Source: Adineta vaga (lineage: Eukaryota > Animalia > Rotifera). Taken from it: a stretch of 64,000 nt of DNA. The position numbers and the translations under genes were made by a program. The DNA is taken from assembly GCA_021613535.1 (NCBI GenBank), contig CP075493.1, forward strand, positions 7,440,001 to 7,504,000, given 5' to 3'. Positions within the stretch are counted from its first letter, which is position 1; every line of letters starts with the position of its first letter. Of the stretch, positions 12,323 to 26,923 are shown in pieces. The notes beneath the pieces were generated by a model that worked only from the letters and a program-made list of their open reading frames with translations, was not told where the DNA came from and searched no databases.

Positions 12323-15300
12323 ATGCATTTCTTTCGACTTAAAGCACAATATCAATCACCAAGTGAAAATGATCAACTCGATTTACCTGAAGATTCCTGT
12401 CGACAAACTATAACATCTTCATCAGCAATACCAGATGAATCGAAAGCCCGCTTGTGGCAATCATTACCAGTTATTGAAAAAGTAAGTGAATTTCTTTTTT
12501 TTAAATGAAATATTCTATTTGGTAATATGTCAATATAGAGTTTGTTCTTTGTTTCTATTATTAGCTGTTGAAAGAAAGAAAGAAAGAAAGTTTGACATGT
12601 CTCTCACATGTAAAGATAAATAATCAATTGATGAAATAAGAAAGTTTCAAAAGATTCCGTGACTCTTGTGTATTAAACAATAGGAAAACAAAGACGGATA
12701 TGTTGATTAAAAATAAGTACAGAACTATTTCGAATTTTGCGAATATCCATAATCATTTGTATCAAAAAGAAAAGATATTAGTTACATTTTTATGCATCTT
12801 CGATCAGGAAAATCATTTCGTCGTCATCGACAACGATATCGTCGTATACCTGATATGAGTAATGAAGTTTATGAAAGAATGGTATCAACAATTCGGCGAG
12901 ATCATATCAGTCCACCGAGATCAACGAATGAGCAATGTCAGGTATGGATAAATACATATCGACTAAAATATGCAGATATGTAATATAAGATTGTCTTATT
13001 CGTCTAGTAATGTTTGTATTAAGTGAAGTCGAAGTAGTTTTGATAAGAATAAAGAAACATCCTATGGTTTCTAATGACGACAGAGAATTCTAACTGATAT
13101 ATATATATATATATGAATTTTTTCCGCTTGATTTTTGTTAATGTGACATTAGATAATTGAATAAATGTCATCAATATGAATTAATGATATTCAGATGTTG
13201 AAAAAATGTCCTAGTTTTTGAAAAGTAATATAACTAAAACGATTAACTCGATGAGAAACAAAGTAGTCTCAACATTCATTTATAATTCATCACATCTGGA
13301 TCTATTTGTTGACAACATGTCATGAATAAATTTGTTTGATATAATGAAAAATGTATATATGTATATATATATATAGAAAGGGAGAGAAGTATTATCTTTT
13401 CTTTTGTAAGCGGTAAAACCTTTTTTTCGTCTAAAACAGATTTCTTGATTAGTTACATTAGTAAATTAGATAATTATCTAGAATAAAAGACATATACGAT
13501 GGAATTTTTTTGCTCTATAAATAATTCTATGAGTTGTTCGATTTTTTAGCATTTCTTACATATTCTTTTCAGACAATTATACGCATCAATATCCTAACAG
13601 TTCTGGTATATGTTGTTATTGAAATTTGGTTTGTATATATCATAACAACATCAAATCTTTGTTTAGTGTAATGATTAGATTCTTTTATTTTCTGTAGGAG
13701 ATAAAAATTTATCACAGCAGTAGGCAGGTATCTTTTTCGGAAAAAAAAGAGAAAAAACAATAAAGAAAAAGAAAGTTGTTGTTGTCTATGAATGAGGATC
13801 ATTCGAGATATAAAGAGCATAGTTGTCCTCTAGCTTAAAGATTTCTTTTCTCTATTCTTTAATACGATATTTCGACTAAAAAAAGAATATTATATCCAAA
13901 AAGATGACAATCATAATTGCGATTGATTGACATTTCTTCATATACTATAGATTTAGTCTATATTATATTTTGGCAGTTGTCTTTTGTTATTATTTGTTCA
14001 AACAATTGTTATTCACAAAGATGTTTCAAATCTTTCGTTGGCGTCGTGATCAACAAAATGAAAATAGTTCCCGACAAGATCGTTCAGTTAATTTACAATA
14101 TAAAAAACATTATTTTCGATCGAATCGTGCACGAGTTTTACAAGGTTTTCGATCACGTCAAAGTTTCCTTCGATTCAGAAAATATTGGTCAAACAATGAT
14201 TTTGATAAAGATCAGGTAACAAAATTAAAAGAAATTTTATCATCCATGAAAGGATATTTACACATAGAAATGTTTCAAATAACTGATTAAATTAGTTTGG
14301 TAGAAAAGATTCATTGTGCATTTTTGAGATCTATAGACATAAACATAATGGCGTTAATTACTACTCGTATAATCTCAACTCATGAAATAAATAAGGTATT
14401 TATTTTAATAAGATTGTTTTCTCTTCGAAAATCTAAATGAACGAGTACAACGATATTTAATTAGATAGATCATGCGAGAATTGGTTATCTATCATCATTA
14501 ATCATTTTTTTAAAGTGTATTTCAGTTCATTTAAGTTCATGAGAAAACAAGAGAATGATGATAGATCTATGATAAATTAGTATCATTTTTATAAGAAGTT
14601 CAATTTCGAAATGTTTGTGATATGATGTCATCTTGTTCTGATTATATTCACAAGTGAAGGACAACATCAGAAATGATTAATCATACTTACACGTTTGTTT
14701 CTTCGTCTTTTTTTTTATGATTATTAATCACAGTTAACATTTCCGAATGATTAGTTGTTTTCTAACAACTATAATTTCCTCATCAGTTCTGATTTCTTCC
14801 TCTTCTTCTTCTTCTTCTTTCTTTACTTTATGTCATTTTATCTTAATCTTGACTTGCATAGAAATAAATAATATACTTCTTGCTACTATTAGTCGTTATT
14901 TCAATAAGAAGATGATCGATTGGATTAGTCAACGATTGAATCGTTCCATGACAAAATACATTTCTTTTTTATCCAAACAATATGAATACTTGTCTTACAA
15001 TGAACATTCCTTTCTTATTCTAACTAATCAAGTACAAGATTAACGAAGAATATTTATCTCGAGTACTCTACTTCATTTTTCTTTCATCTATTTGTTGTTA
15101 TTCTTGTGTAATTTCGAACAACAACAACAATAATCACAATTACTCTTCTCATACAACGCGATTCTTTTGTATATTGGTGTGATATTCTTTCATCAATTGT
15201 CTTCAGTATATTTGTATTTTTGACATTGTTCAAAATGGTTTCCTGGTAATCGACTAAACAAATAAGATTTATATCAAATTACTAAGTAATTGATGGAGAA

Positions 15301-18300
15301 TAGAATCTAATGAGTATTATATGATAGTAATATAAATCATGCTGCTCGGTCATCATCATTCTCTTGCTAAACGACAACATCAAAATAAAGTAAGATTACA
15401 CCAATTTCTAACTATTAATTTATATTATATTTTTTGTTCGTATACAATCGTCATATCGAGATTTGTGTTCTTCAATTACTAGACACTATCAATCGTGTGA
15501 ATTTGCGTTTGAAGAGAAAGATGAGCAGAGAAATAGTAGAGTATTCATAATTAAGTTATTGAAAGAATAGAATTCTCTTTAAATAGCTCAATTATCTTAA
15601 AAATCTTTTCACTTTCTTTTCTATCTGTTTAATAAAAAATAAGAGATCAGATATCTTATTGCTTAGATTATCCGATCTTGGTGTTAATGACCTTTCCTGG
15701 AACTGTTCGAACCTTTGTTTATACATATATATATTTACATCTACATCTGTTGATGAAATTTTTCAATGTCAGCATTTTCTCAACAATATCTACAAAGATG
15801 AGTAAAGAAACGAATTTTCGATTTCATCACTTCTTGACATTGATTAGATAATTCAATTGGTAAGAGTTAACAGATTTCTTTTTTTAGTTTGACTAAAAAG
15901 ACTAAAAAAAAGAATTCCATTCTTTCGCCGCGAATATCATACAATATTCTCATCTTATCTTATGACATAACGTTGTTTTCCCTTTTTTCTTCTTCTTCTC
16001 CCATGGTTTTTGTCATCATTTCATCAGAATAATCATCGAATCTATTACCACAACGTTTCTTCTGTCGACAAAAGAAAAATAACCTATGAAGTCGAGGCAT
16101 ATCCTATAAAACGACTCGAATTATGAATACTATTGTTGATAAAAATGATCGCCACAAGGCTACGTACCAAACGACATTCAACATCATCAATCTATCGACC
16201 AAATACAAAAACCATTCGATTTTTATCCTATCGTCAACCTCATCGTTCAATAAAAAGACAACTATCATCTAATATTGTCGATATTCATATTGATAGTGAT
16301 GATGAAATTCAGGAGAGTACTCAGGTAGAATTAATGTTTTCTCTCTATTATATGATGCACGTTATCCTTTCTTAAAATTGTAAAACAATACAATGTAACA
16401 TTCTGTTGCATGACTTCTACTTTTTCCAAAACCATCATTAATGATTCACGAGAAGAAAGAAAACTTTGATGTAGGTAAAGATATTTAAAATCCAACGAGA
16501 AAAGTTAGCACTAAATTTTTCCTATTTATTCAATTCATGGAAGATATCTAATCGTATTATATTCAATGATTAATATATCACGTATTCATTCTGATTTAAC
16601 ACAGAATAATAATAATAATAATGTGAAGATGAAAATGATTGCGAAAAGTTGTCTATATTTTTTTTGTCTTGTATTTATTTAGTTGAAATTTTCGGATCGA
16701 CCATCAACTCCATCACAATTACGTTCAAGTCATGCGAAATATGAACGTATGCAAGCACCTATTCTATCATTTGATGAAGAAGGAGATATTCCGGTACCGT
16801 CAATCAAAAGTAAACGTATGTAGTGAAAGATTTGACTGAAAGAAAAAAGAAACGATTGTTTTATTTATTCATTATTTTAGGTCTTTTAATACGAGATGTA
16901 CCACATTTCAGTGATGTAGGAGACAATGTAACGATATTAAAATCATTCGAAGATAGTATATCAATTGAAAGAACACGAAAACAAAAATTTCGCCATGCAC
17001 TTCGAACTGTATCAAAAGTTGCTTTTAGTCAATTAGGTTTGGGTAAGTTTATATACAAAGCAATACTTGTTTGTAGAAGAATAGCAAAGGTTAGACAATA
17101 TCCAGTAAGCTGTCTATTTCTCTGAGTGCTTCTTATCTTCTCGAAGATTGATGTATGATGTAAACCTGTTGTCAAGTACGATTTTCTCCTAGGTTGCCTT
17201 TCGTTTCATCAGTCATCGTCGGTCCCAAGACTAACTAAACTATACTAATCACTAATGAATTTCTATTTCAATTTGAACATTACGATGTTAATGAAGAGAA
17301 AAATCATAGAATATTTTGAATATTTCTAGGTGGTCTTGTCGTTGGTTATGTTATTCTCGGCGGATTAATATTTGATGCAATTGAATCACGATACGAACTC
17401 GAACGTTTAGAAGAAAAAGAACGTAATCGTCAACATTTTGTTGATCAATTATATATTCATGCATATCGAGAATTTAATCGTGTATTAAATCAAACATTTG
17501 AATTAAAATATGCTTTATGGCGTGGAGGTATATCACGACTTGATGAACAGAATAATGGCTGGCAAATTGATGTTGAAAAAGATCTATGGAAACATCATAT
17601 AGATTATGAATTATTACAATATTTTGGTGCAGAAGAAAAAAGTCAATATGGAAATGATCAACAACAACAAGAGCAAAATACAATACAAGTTTGGACGTTT
17701 TCTAGCGCAATGCTCTATTCAGCAACTGTTATAACAACGATTGGATATGGAAATATTACACCAAAGACTACTGCAGGCAAAATTGCAACTATGGTAAAGA
17801 AATCTTGAGTTTTCTATTTTGAAATTAGTACATTACTATAGCTAAGTTAGAGAATGCATGAAATCATCGAGTATTCTATTCTTGGAATTGATTCACTAAT
17901 ATAATACGAATTGGAAAACTTTTTCTATCTTTCTCAAATTAACTTTTATAGGTTTATGCAATGTTTGGTATTCCTTTAATGTTTATGTGTTTGACATATA
18001 CGGGTGATTTACTAGCTGATGCTTTTATCTCCGGTTATTCGAAAATGGTAAATTTCTTCTATCGACAATTATGTTGTGGACGACTAATACCTTGGTTATT
18101 AAATACTCGACGACCTATTTTCGAACAATCAGATGTAGGAAAATTCTTTAGAAAAATAATTCAATTTTGAATTCAAACTTTCGTTTCTTTTTAGGAAGAT
18201 CGTGAAGATTCTCGACATGTACCAATTATTGCTACATTAGCTGTCTTAGCATTTTATATTGCTATGGGTGCATTATTATTTGCTCAATGGGAAAGTTGGC

Positions 18301-18551
18301 ATTTCCTTGATGGAGCTTATTTTTGTTTTATTACATTTACAACAATTGGATTTGGAGATCTCGTACCTGGAAAAGGTACAGTCACTGAATCGAAAGCAGG
18401 TAAAGCAGCATTATGTGCATTATTTCTTTTATTTGGTATGGTTGTTATGGCTATGTCATTTAAATTAATGCAAGATGAAATTATATCGAAATTTCGACGT
18501 GTTGCGATACATTTTGGTTTTGTTAAACGTAATATGAATGATCCAGGTTAA
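12323..18551 (+). CDS. Two-pore-domain (TWiK/K2P) potassium channel; common exons from 16683, with several candidate alternative first exons in 12323-16324
   Basis: Pore 1 WTFSSAMLYSATVITTIGYGNITP (about 17690-17765), TM2 YAMFGIPL, pore 2 YFCFITFTTIGFGDLVP, TM4, stop 18549-18551. The upstream exon assignments are less certain than the core. Confidence 0.9.
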
Positions 18552-21116
18552 TAAACAATGAAAGCTGATCTAATAGAAGAAACAAAATTCTTATTTTTGG
18601 TTTTGCTTGTCTGTGATTTTCTTCTTCTTTTTTGCATGTTCTATGTGTGTCCTTGTGCTTCATATTTGTTTTTTTTTCACCATCGACATTAAAAGTCAAA
18701 TAGTGTCATCAATATATCTTTATTATTTTCTTTTTTTGATGCAATACTGTTATTAAAAGGTGTAGATTTAGAAATATTTATGTATATATTATGTGTGTAT
18801 GCGTGTGTGGATTTTTCTATTTATTCGACAAATAATAATAATAATAATAATAATAATGGCATATACCGATGTGACGATAGTTTGAATTCTGAGTAAGAAG
18901 GAAGGTAAGAAGATAATCAGAAAATGGAACATTTGGGCAATATTTTATCTGATAGATTTGCTTTTTTTGCGTGTAGTTTAAGAACTTCTCATCCATTTTA
19001 TCAATCGATATAAAAAAAGAGAGTACTCATTACTCTAATAACAGAATTTCTCTCACAAATTATTTTGTATACAATATTTTATGGTAAGATATGTAACACA
19101 ACTGAAATGGTGAAGAATGAAGATGTTCATTTAGAAATTAAAATTTAGTCAGAGGCCGCTAGGAGTCGGATATCTATACTTAATTTAAGATTTATTATCC
19201 ATTTCACGAACGGTTAATCTTTTTAACCTATCAAAACACTACTCATCAATTTTGAATTCTTTGTTCAAATAATTTTCAATATTTGTAATTCCTACTTGAG
19301 ACATATGCTAGTTTTATATTATGTCTATTTAAATAAACTCAAGTCTAGTGTTCTTAAATGATGAGGTACTAATCGTTTGATATACATTAATGTTCATTGA
19401 TTGTGACTTTGATTACTACATTTACAATGTTATGATTGTTAGCAAGCCAAATTGACTTTGATTACTTGAGGGGAGTCATAGACGCGATCGTTTACTGTTT
19501 TTTTATACATATGTTTGTATGTTTGCTTACCCTGTTCGTCTAATTTTATTCTTCGAGTCTCATATGTGTATATACAAGTTTAACTTGACCTTTAATATAT
19601 ATATATATATACTGAACATCAACTTGTATACTGGAGAAAAAGTGAGAGAACGGACATTTCCTTCTTCTTCTTCTTTCTTTCTCGTTTGAATGTCTGAAAG
19701 AAAACAGAAGAATGAACGATATTTCCATATACTACTATTTAATTGGATGCATATGCAAGTAAAAGAAATCATAAGAAGAAAAAAAAACTTTCCGTCGTGT
19801 TTCTTTATCAAAATCCCTGAAAAGTGCTGAATAACAAAAGAAAATCCTTGTCTTGTCTCATTTTATAGTTATAGATATGTAACGGGATAAACCATTTTTA
19901 GATACGACAGACGCATACATACACGTACACTACCAACGATAACGTTATGCATCATCAACAGTCAACAGAAACGACTCTTGTGACAATGATACTCTACTCC
20001 AATTGTTGCACGACGACAGCAGTGTTATAATGTAAACGTTGAAAGAAAAGTGAGACAGACAAGATGTTAAAACGTGCTTATAACTCTTTTACTTAGAACA
20101 GACAGACAACTAAGAATGTAATAGAAAAAATTAGTTCACTAGTCTACGACAATCGTTCATTCTCTTTTTCTTTTTCTTTCGTTCATCAAATGTCAAAGAA
20201 GAACAGAAGAGTTAGTGGACGGAGGTCGTACAAAAAAATACACGATGAGTTATAATGTACTATTGACCGCAGCCATTCACTACTCGTCATCATCATCACC
20301 ATCACCATCACCACTAAGATTGCCCTTGAAAAAAGAGAGAAAAGAAATCGTTTATTAGTTCGTTGTTACTTCTCAAATAGCAAATAGAAGATTCTTGCGA
20401 CTGTCCATCTTTCTTTTCATTCATGTCTCAAATTTCTTTTCGTGAACGATAAAAATAAATATATGTATAAAAAATTTCGTTAGTCTCTTTCTCTTTCTTA
20501 CGTCGTGCGATTCGTTCGTTTCTTTTATTTGAACTAGAAATGTGCCTGTGTTGTAATAACAAAACTGTCATCATTGTTAAATTCTTTTCGTATGTAACCA
20601 TACGCACTTATATTTCGAGAGAGAGAAGAAATCAATCGGGCATCATTGTTGATCTGCAAGTTTTAAAAATGTTGGTAGTAAGTACCTTTCCTTCATTCGT
20701 CTCGTTATTACTACTAATCAATCGTATATTTCGATCATATATATATACATAAAAATCGATTAGAAAAAAAGTACATTAATGATGACGTTGATTTTTATCA
20801 TCGATTGATGTATATATATATATGTTGAAGTGAACATTTCAGTATATACATTTACCTAAAGAAAAGCATAGTTCTCCTTTTTTTTCTTCATTTCTTCAGT
20901 CAAAAAGAAATTGACATAGGATTTCATCATTTGTACATCTGAATTCAATGAAGTTGTAACATACAAGTCGTACAATCTATTCAAGATCCGCCCCTATTTC
21001 CTTGAATTGAAAATGATCATCTATTCATTGATTTCAGTTTTTTTTTCTTCTCTTCTTGTATATATTTAGATCATGTTGAACAACAAGAAACGAATGATTT
21101 AAAATTACATATCATT

Positions 21117-24100
21117 ATGTCAACATTACAACATAATCAATTGAATAGTTTTTCTCCAATACTTCTTTCACCATCGTCAACAACAATAACAAATCACATA
21201 ACTTTATTTGATAATAGTGATCAAGGTTCTGTTGATTCGGATTATACGTCATTAGGTAGTTCGAAATTCTATGGAAATAGTGGTTCAACATCATCGTTAC
21301 ATCGTCAAGGTCGTTCTCATTCAATTGATGAATTAGCATCAACAACAACAATACCAACAAGACATTTCAATGGAACATTAAATGTAAATAAATCAAATAA
21401 TGATCCATTACAATTCGTTAAAATTCATCCAAATCATGAATTGATCGAACGTGCACAAGAACAATTATGTCTTGCTGAATCGAGAAAACGTTTACAAGAA
21501 AATTATACATTAACTCATCATTCAAATGATAATAAAACTAATGATGAGGAGGTGGATTGGTCTAAGGTAAGAGAAAAAAAACGAAAGTATAATTAGACTT
21601 TATTACCTATTCATTAAGTAGAAAAAGAAACTAATATGGTGAAATTATATATTGTTTTATTTCTAAAGATCAAAGCAATGTTTGACGTGATTTTTATAAA
21701 AAAAATAATCATTTAATGAAATATTCTTCGAGTCTTTTGTTTTCTCTTAGACATAACTGTACATCTAATTAAATCTATTCATAGAAGATCAGAAGCATAA
21801 GAAAGAATGTTACCTAACCTTATGTCAACATACTCATCGTTTCTTCTTCTTCTTCTTTTGCTCTTGGCAGAAATCAATTATGAATTTGTTTTTTCGTGAA
21901 GACAAAATTCTTTCTTTCGCTTGCCAAATATTTCTCGACTTTATTTATTATTTTTTAAAGAAACATCGAAAACTCATTTTGTCCAGATTGTTTTTTCGAT
22001 CAAATTCCTTCTAAAGTTCGACATATTCACATAACTTAATCATTATTTCTTACGTGAACTAAGAAGAAGTTGAAGAACAAAAGAAAAGATTAGTTACTTT
22101 TCTTTTTTGTAGACACCATGCATACTTTACTCGAATGTATCAAATAAAATGAAAAGAAAGCCTTTGTAGTTCTAATAACATGCTCAATTTCTTTTACAAG
22201 TATTTTCAATGGATACTATGATGAGAAGACGTCAAACGTCCATATCGATTCTTTGGTATCACGTAGGAAAACATATTCAAATCTTCATGTACGATAGTCA
22301 AGGTTTTTTCTTCAATGAAATTAGGAAGGAACAGTCGTCTCTCATTACGATTGTTATCTTGGCATTTCTTTTTTCATTTCTGCTCAAAACAGTATTCCTA
22401 TTGTCTGTTACTCATCATTGAAACAGAAGAAATCGAGAGAGAGAGAGAGAGAGAGAGAAAAAATAGACAGAATAAGACTACATGCATCAGCTTGATGAAT
22501 TGTGTAAGACGAGTATGTGAACAAGATCAAAAACGCGAGTGTATATGTATATGTAAAATGGGTTGTGGAAGTACGAAAGAAATATCCAATGAGGAGAAGA
22601 ATGTGAGTGTTAATTTTTGTTGTTCGAAAGAATTGAGATAATATAAATGAAGTTTGTGAAAAAACAATGATATATTTGAAATTTTTAGGCTGTTGACAGT
22701 TGGCGACAAAAGCGAGAACAAAAACGTGTAAAAAATGTGAATAGTACCGATGATAATCGACCATTATCACCGATAAAAGTTGAATCTATTCCAAAGTAAG
22801 ATCAATTCTGTTCTTTCTCCTGTACAATTCATTCTTTTATACAGACTTGATGTATCGAAAAAACTCATCAATGAAACTGTTTCTAAACCTTTATGTACTG
22901 TTCCATCACCACCGATTGAAAAAACAAAATCAAAAAGTCCTTCACCAATGCGAAACAAAGTAGAAAACAAAAGAATATTTCGTATTTTTTTTCCCGATTG
23001 TTTACATATGTTTGTAATAGGGTCCATCAAAAATACATGAAATATCTATTCAAAGACCACTTGATATTCGTGGTTTTGGATTTAAACTTGATGGTGGTCG
23101 GACACAAAATCGACCCATTTTTGTTTCAACAATTGAAGAAGGTTGAAATCAACGAAATTTAATCTTCATCTTAATTCTTTTCGTTATTCTTTAGGTAGTC
23201 CTGCAGATAAAGCTGGACTATGTATTGATGATGAAATTCTATCAATCAATGATGAAAATGTCGAAAATATCACATATGATCAAGTGCGAAAAATTCTTAA
23301 AGAACGAAATATACGTGGAAGTATTAAAATGACTGTTCGAACGTATGAAGGTAATATTGACATTCATATTAAATATATCCCTGATAAGTGTTTAAAGTAG
23401 AGATAATAGAAGCACTATAATGAGTAGGATATATATATATATATATACATATACATATTAAGTGTAATTGATTTTGATTTATATGTTAGATAATCAATAG
23501 GAATGAATTTGAAATCAATCATACAAGTTTTAATACTAACCTTGTTGTTTATCTTTGATATTATCAATTCTTATCGAATTATTTTCTTCTTAGATATTAT
23601 TGATGATAATTCTCAAACAGTTTCAACTGGTTTTACAACTGATCATAGTCGAACTCCATCGCCACAAAAACCATTATTAACTACTCGAACAACTTCACCA
23701 CCGATTTATACTCCAATAACTAAAACAAATACAACTCCATCACCAACTGGGAAACCTTTATCACCTGTGTATACATTTCTACCTTATGATTCATCTTCGA
23801 CTGATATAAACGAATCTCCTTCTGTCCAACCAGCAGTTTCCTCATCATTAAATATATTTGCACCAAAACCATTTCGTTCAACTGCTTCAATTAATCTTGA
23901 TACTCAAAATAGTCAAGAATCAGTAAGATTTTGCTTCTTTTCCACTCGATATTTCCTCAATCTTTCGATAAAATTCAGGCTTCGACATTTTCTCGAAAAG
24001 AATTACTTACTCTCGTGGTAATCATCTCGTTCTTTTCCTCTTTCATACATACGCTAAGTGCATGTTTATAAAACAAAAACAAAAAAAAAGTGAACAAAAA

Positions 24101-26923
24101 CCTTCTAGTGCTGCTTTTCTTTTCTCTGAAATCAATTCAATAAAGCATGTTCAGCTATTCTATTTTCTATTGTTCAGAATATGAACTATATATCACCAAT
24201 TGAAGCATTTCGAAGAATGCTTGAATCATCAAATACAACTAAACATGCGGAGAATGAGGTAGTTAAAACTATTGGATACTAATCATTACTCTCGGTGTTT
24301 GGACAATAATAACATGTTCTGTTTTTAACTTCAAATATGCTCGTAACTTTTAACAGCTTAACACAAGAACTTGAATGAATGAATCTCAATAATGTCTTCT
24401 AGTGCATGTTAGGATATTACATTAGTTCTCTTTTGAATCAATGAAGTTTTAAATTAAATTTATCGTCAAATTGACACTCTTTTTTGTTTTCTATCTAGAA
24501 TATTTGTGGTAAAGAACTTGAAGATCTCGAGATCGAACTTGATAAACAATTGAGAGAATCTGACGCGAAGAAAAAACGTGAGGTATCATTATATGATTTT
24601 ATAATTAGAAAATAGATAAGCACTATGTAGAGATTCTTTACAATAACATACTAATGAATTTTTTTTTTCAATACACATGCATGCCTACAAAACTCCTTCA
24701 TCTTACTTCTCATATTACATACTCATTTCTGTTTCATAGACAACAACTACGAATGAAAAACAACAAACAAATTCAATAAAATTTCCAGCACCACGAGTTT
24801 TAATCGATGCTTGTATGAATATTTTCTCTGCTTTTCATACTTGACTTTCCGTTTCGAATTCTTCTAGCTGAAATAGCAATGGAACGTCCACCACCCCTTC
24901 AACCTATCTCATCTCTAAATGTAGTATTACAAGGAAATTCAACTACAGACAGTAACATAAAACCTCAACAACAACAACAACACCAATTGTGTAAGAATCC
25001 TGATATTGCTCAAGTACGTTCATACGTTGAAAAACAAATGGATCAACTTCAACAAGATTTGGAGTTTGGATTTTCACGTACACCCAAAGTTCCTCCTTCA
25101 TCATCAACATCTGTTTTCTCGACAACGCCTGCTGCATCAGTAAGTCTTATTACATTCAAAAATGAAAGGGTTATTTTCTTCATTTTGTTTTTCAAAATTA
25201 GGATCTACAACAACAACCGGTGAATGTTCCTATCGATCTGACATATGCTTCATCATCTCAACCAGATTTTCTACGTTCATCATTGAAAAAATCTGTATCT
25301 ACTCAAAATGAACTTGATCAAATTCCGCCGAATCGTACATATGGTGTAAAAATCAATCCGAAAGAACAAGTGATTCATTATCTTGATCCATATTCACAAC
25401 AAAAATCATCACTTAACTATGCGAAACGTTCTATACCTGATCTACCTTCAATGACAACAGTTAATCGACCTTCAACAGCACATTCAATTGAACGTACTAT
25501 AAATGAACTACGAATTGATTTACCAGGACCATATTCATCACAACCTCAAACTATAAATCAACAACAAAAGAAAGTTACAATTCAAGTAGGTGATATCGGA
25601 TCCTCGCAAAGAATGACTAGGTAAATCTTTCGAACACCAACAGTCTTCCGTATGAAAAATCTTCCAAATCTCATTTAGTAAACTACTTCATACAACACTC
25701 AATCAAGCACCACGTAAAACTCAAGTTGAAGATCATACATGGATTACTAATGACCAAAGAAAAGCTATACATAAGAGAAGTCATAGTCATCGTTCAACAC
25801 CAACAACTTCACATCATCAAGAATTGCACATGGGTAGACCATCGACAACTCATTATCATGATCAATATACAAAAAGTGGATCAGAAAAAACTTTTGATCT
25901 ATCTCCAAATAAACAACATCGAACGTTTGTTTTTTTTTTCATTATGCAATGCAATAAAAACTTTCATCCGTTTTTTTATATAGAAGATCACCTGGACGTA
26001 CAATGAATAATGAACGTGTTTTATCTGTTAGTGGAAAACTACGTTGTTCAAGATGTGACGAAGAATTAGGTTAATTATCATTGGATGATATATTGAATAT
26101 TCATGCTAATCTTTTTCTATAGGACATGGTTCAGCAATGGTGATTGAATCTCTTGGATTATATTATCATATCGAATGTTTCCATTGTTGTGTTTGTAATA
26201 CTCCACTTTCATCATCACCAGGAGGAGTCGATGTTCGTGTACGCAGTAGTCGATTACACTGTCAAAATTGTTTTTCCGATGAAAATGGTAAGAAAAAGTG
26301 TACTAATATATTTGTTGTCAACATCTAATCAATAAATGAGTACCTATAAATTCACTATCTATTTTCCTAGGAGATTGGATATCCGACGTAAGAAGAAGAA
26401 TTGATCTTTTCTTTCTTCCCTTTTCATATTGCTGGCAAAATCTTTTGATGCTTTCGTGCTTAACACTCTTTATACATACATTTATTTCAGATATGTTGTA
26501 TTTCATATATGAGATAAAAAAAAAGGAACCGTGTGTCTCTTTCAGTAGCGAATGAGATAATCTAAGCATTATGTGAGAAGATAGACACACGTATCATTGA
26601 TATTTTTGTTTCTACACGCTCTGTTCTACTCATTATTGAATTTCAATCTCAGCCTGAAACAAAAAACGCCTTTCGCAATATACTATTGCAATTGATGCTA
26701 AAACTTTTTGCTTATCTCAGCAAATTCAATATTAGTTTCTTCTTATCTATCTGTTTCTAATGAAAATATGTAGTTAGTTGAATATCAACAAAAGATATGA
26801 GACGAATATGAAATTTTTTCATTTTCTCGCATGTACAAATTAACGAAATTACAAGATAAAGTTCATTCAATCCAAACCAATGATTTCTTCTCTATTTTAG
26901 GTGTGAAATTAAGTGCTGTTTAA
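21117..26923 (+). CDS. LMO7: LMO7/Smallish(Smash)-like protein with PDZ domain, C-terminal LIM domain and PDZ-binding C-terminus
   Basis: DWSK|AVDSWRQKR segment; PDZ (GFGFKLDGG...GSPADKAGLCIDDEILSIN); LIM VLSVSGKLRCSRCDEELGHGSAMVIESLGLYYHIECFHCCVC...VRVRSSRLHCQNC, typical of LMO7/LIMCH1/Smash; last exon 26901-26923 GVKLSAV*. True 5' end uncertain. Confidence 0.82.
22435..22457. repeat. (GA)n microsatellite just upstream of the internal MGCGSTK exon
   Basis: Direct run of GA dinucleotides. Confidence 0.8.

Noticed and set aside
17180-17250. Possible alternative terminal exon inside a K2P intron (cctag|GTTGCC...)
   Set aside because: Only an acceptor-like sequence and a short featureless peptide; no other support.
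20669-20683. ATG TTG GTA|gtaagt as first coding exon of the LMO7-like gene
   Set aside because: Its phase-0 donor does not match the phase-1 acceptor at 21070; more likely a 5'UTR exon or it splices elsewhere.
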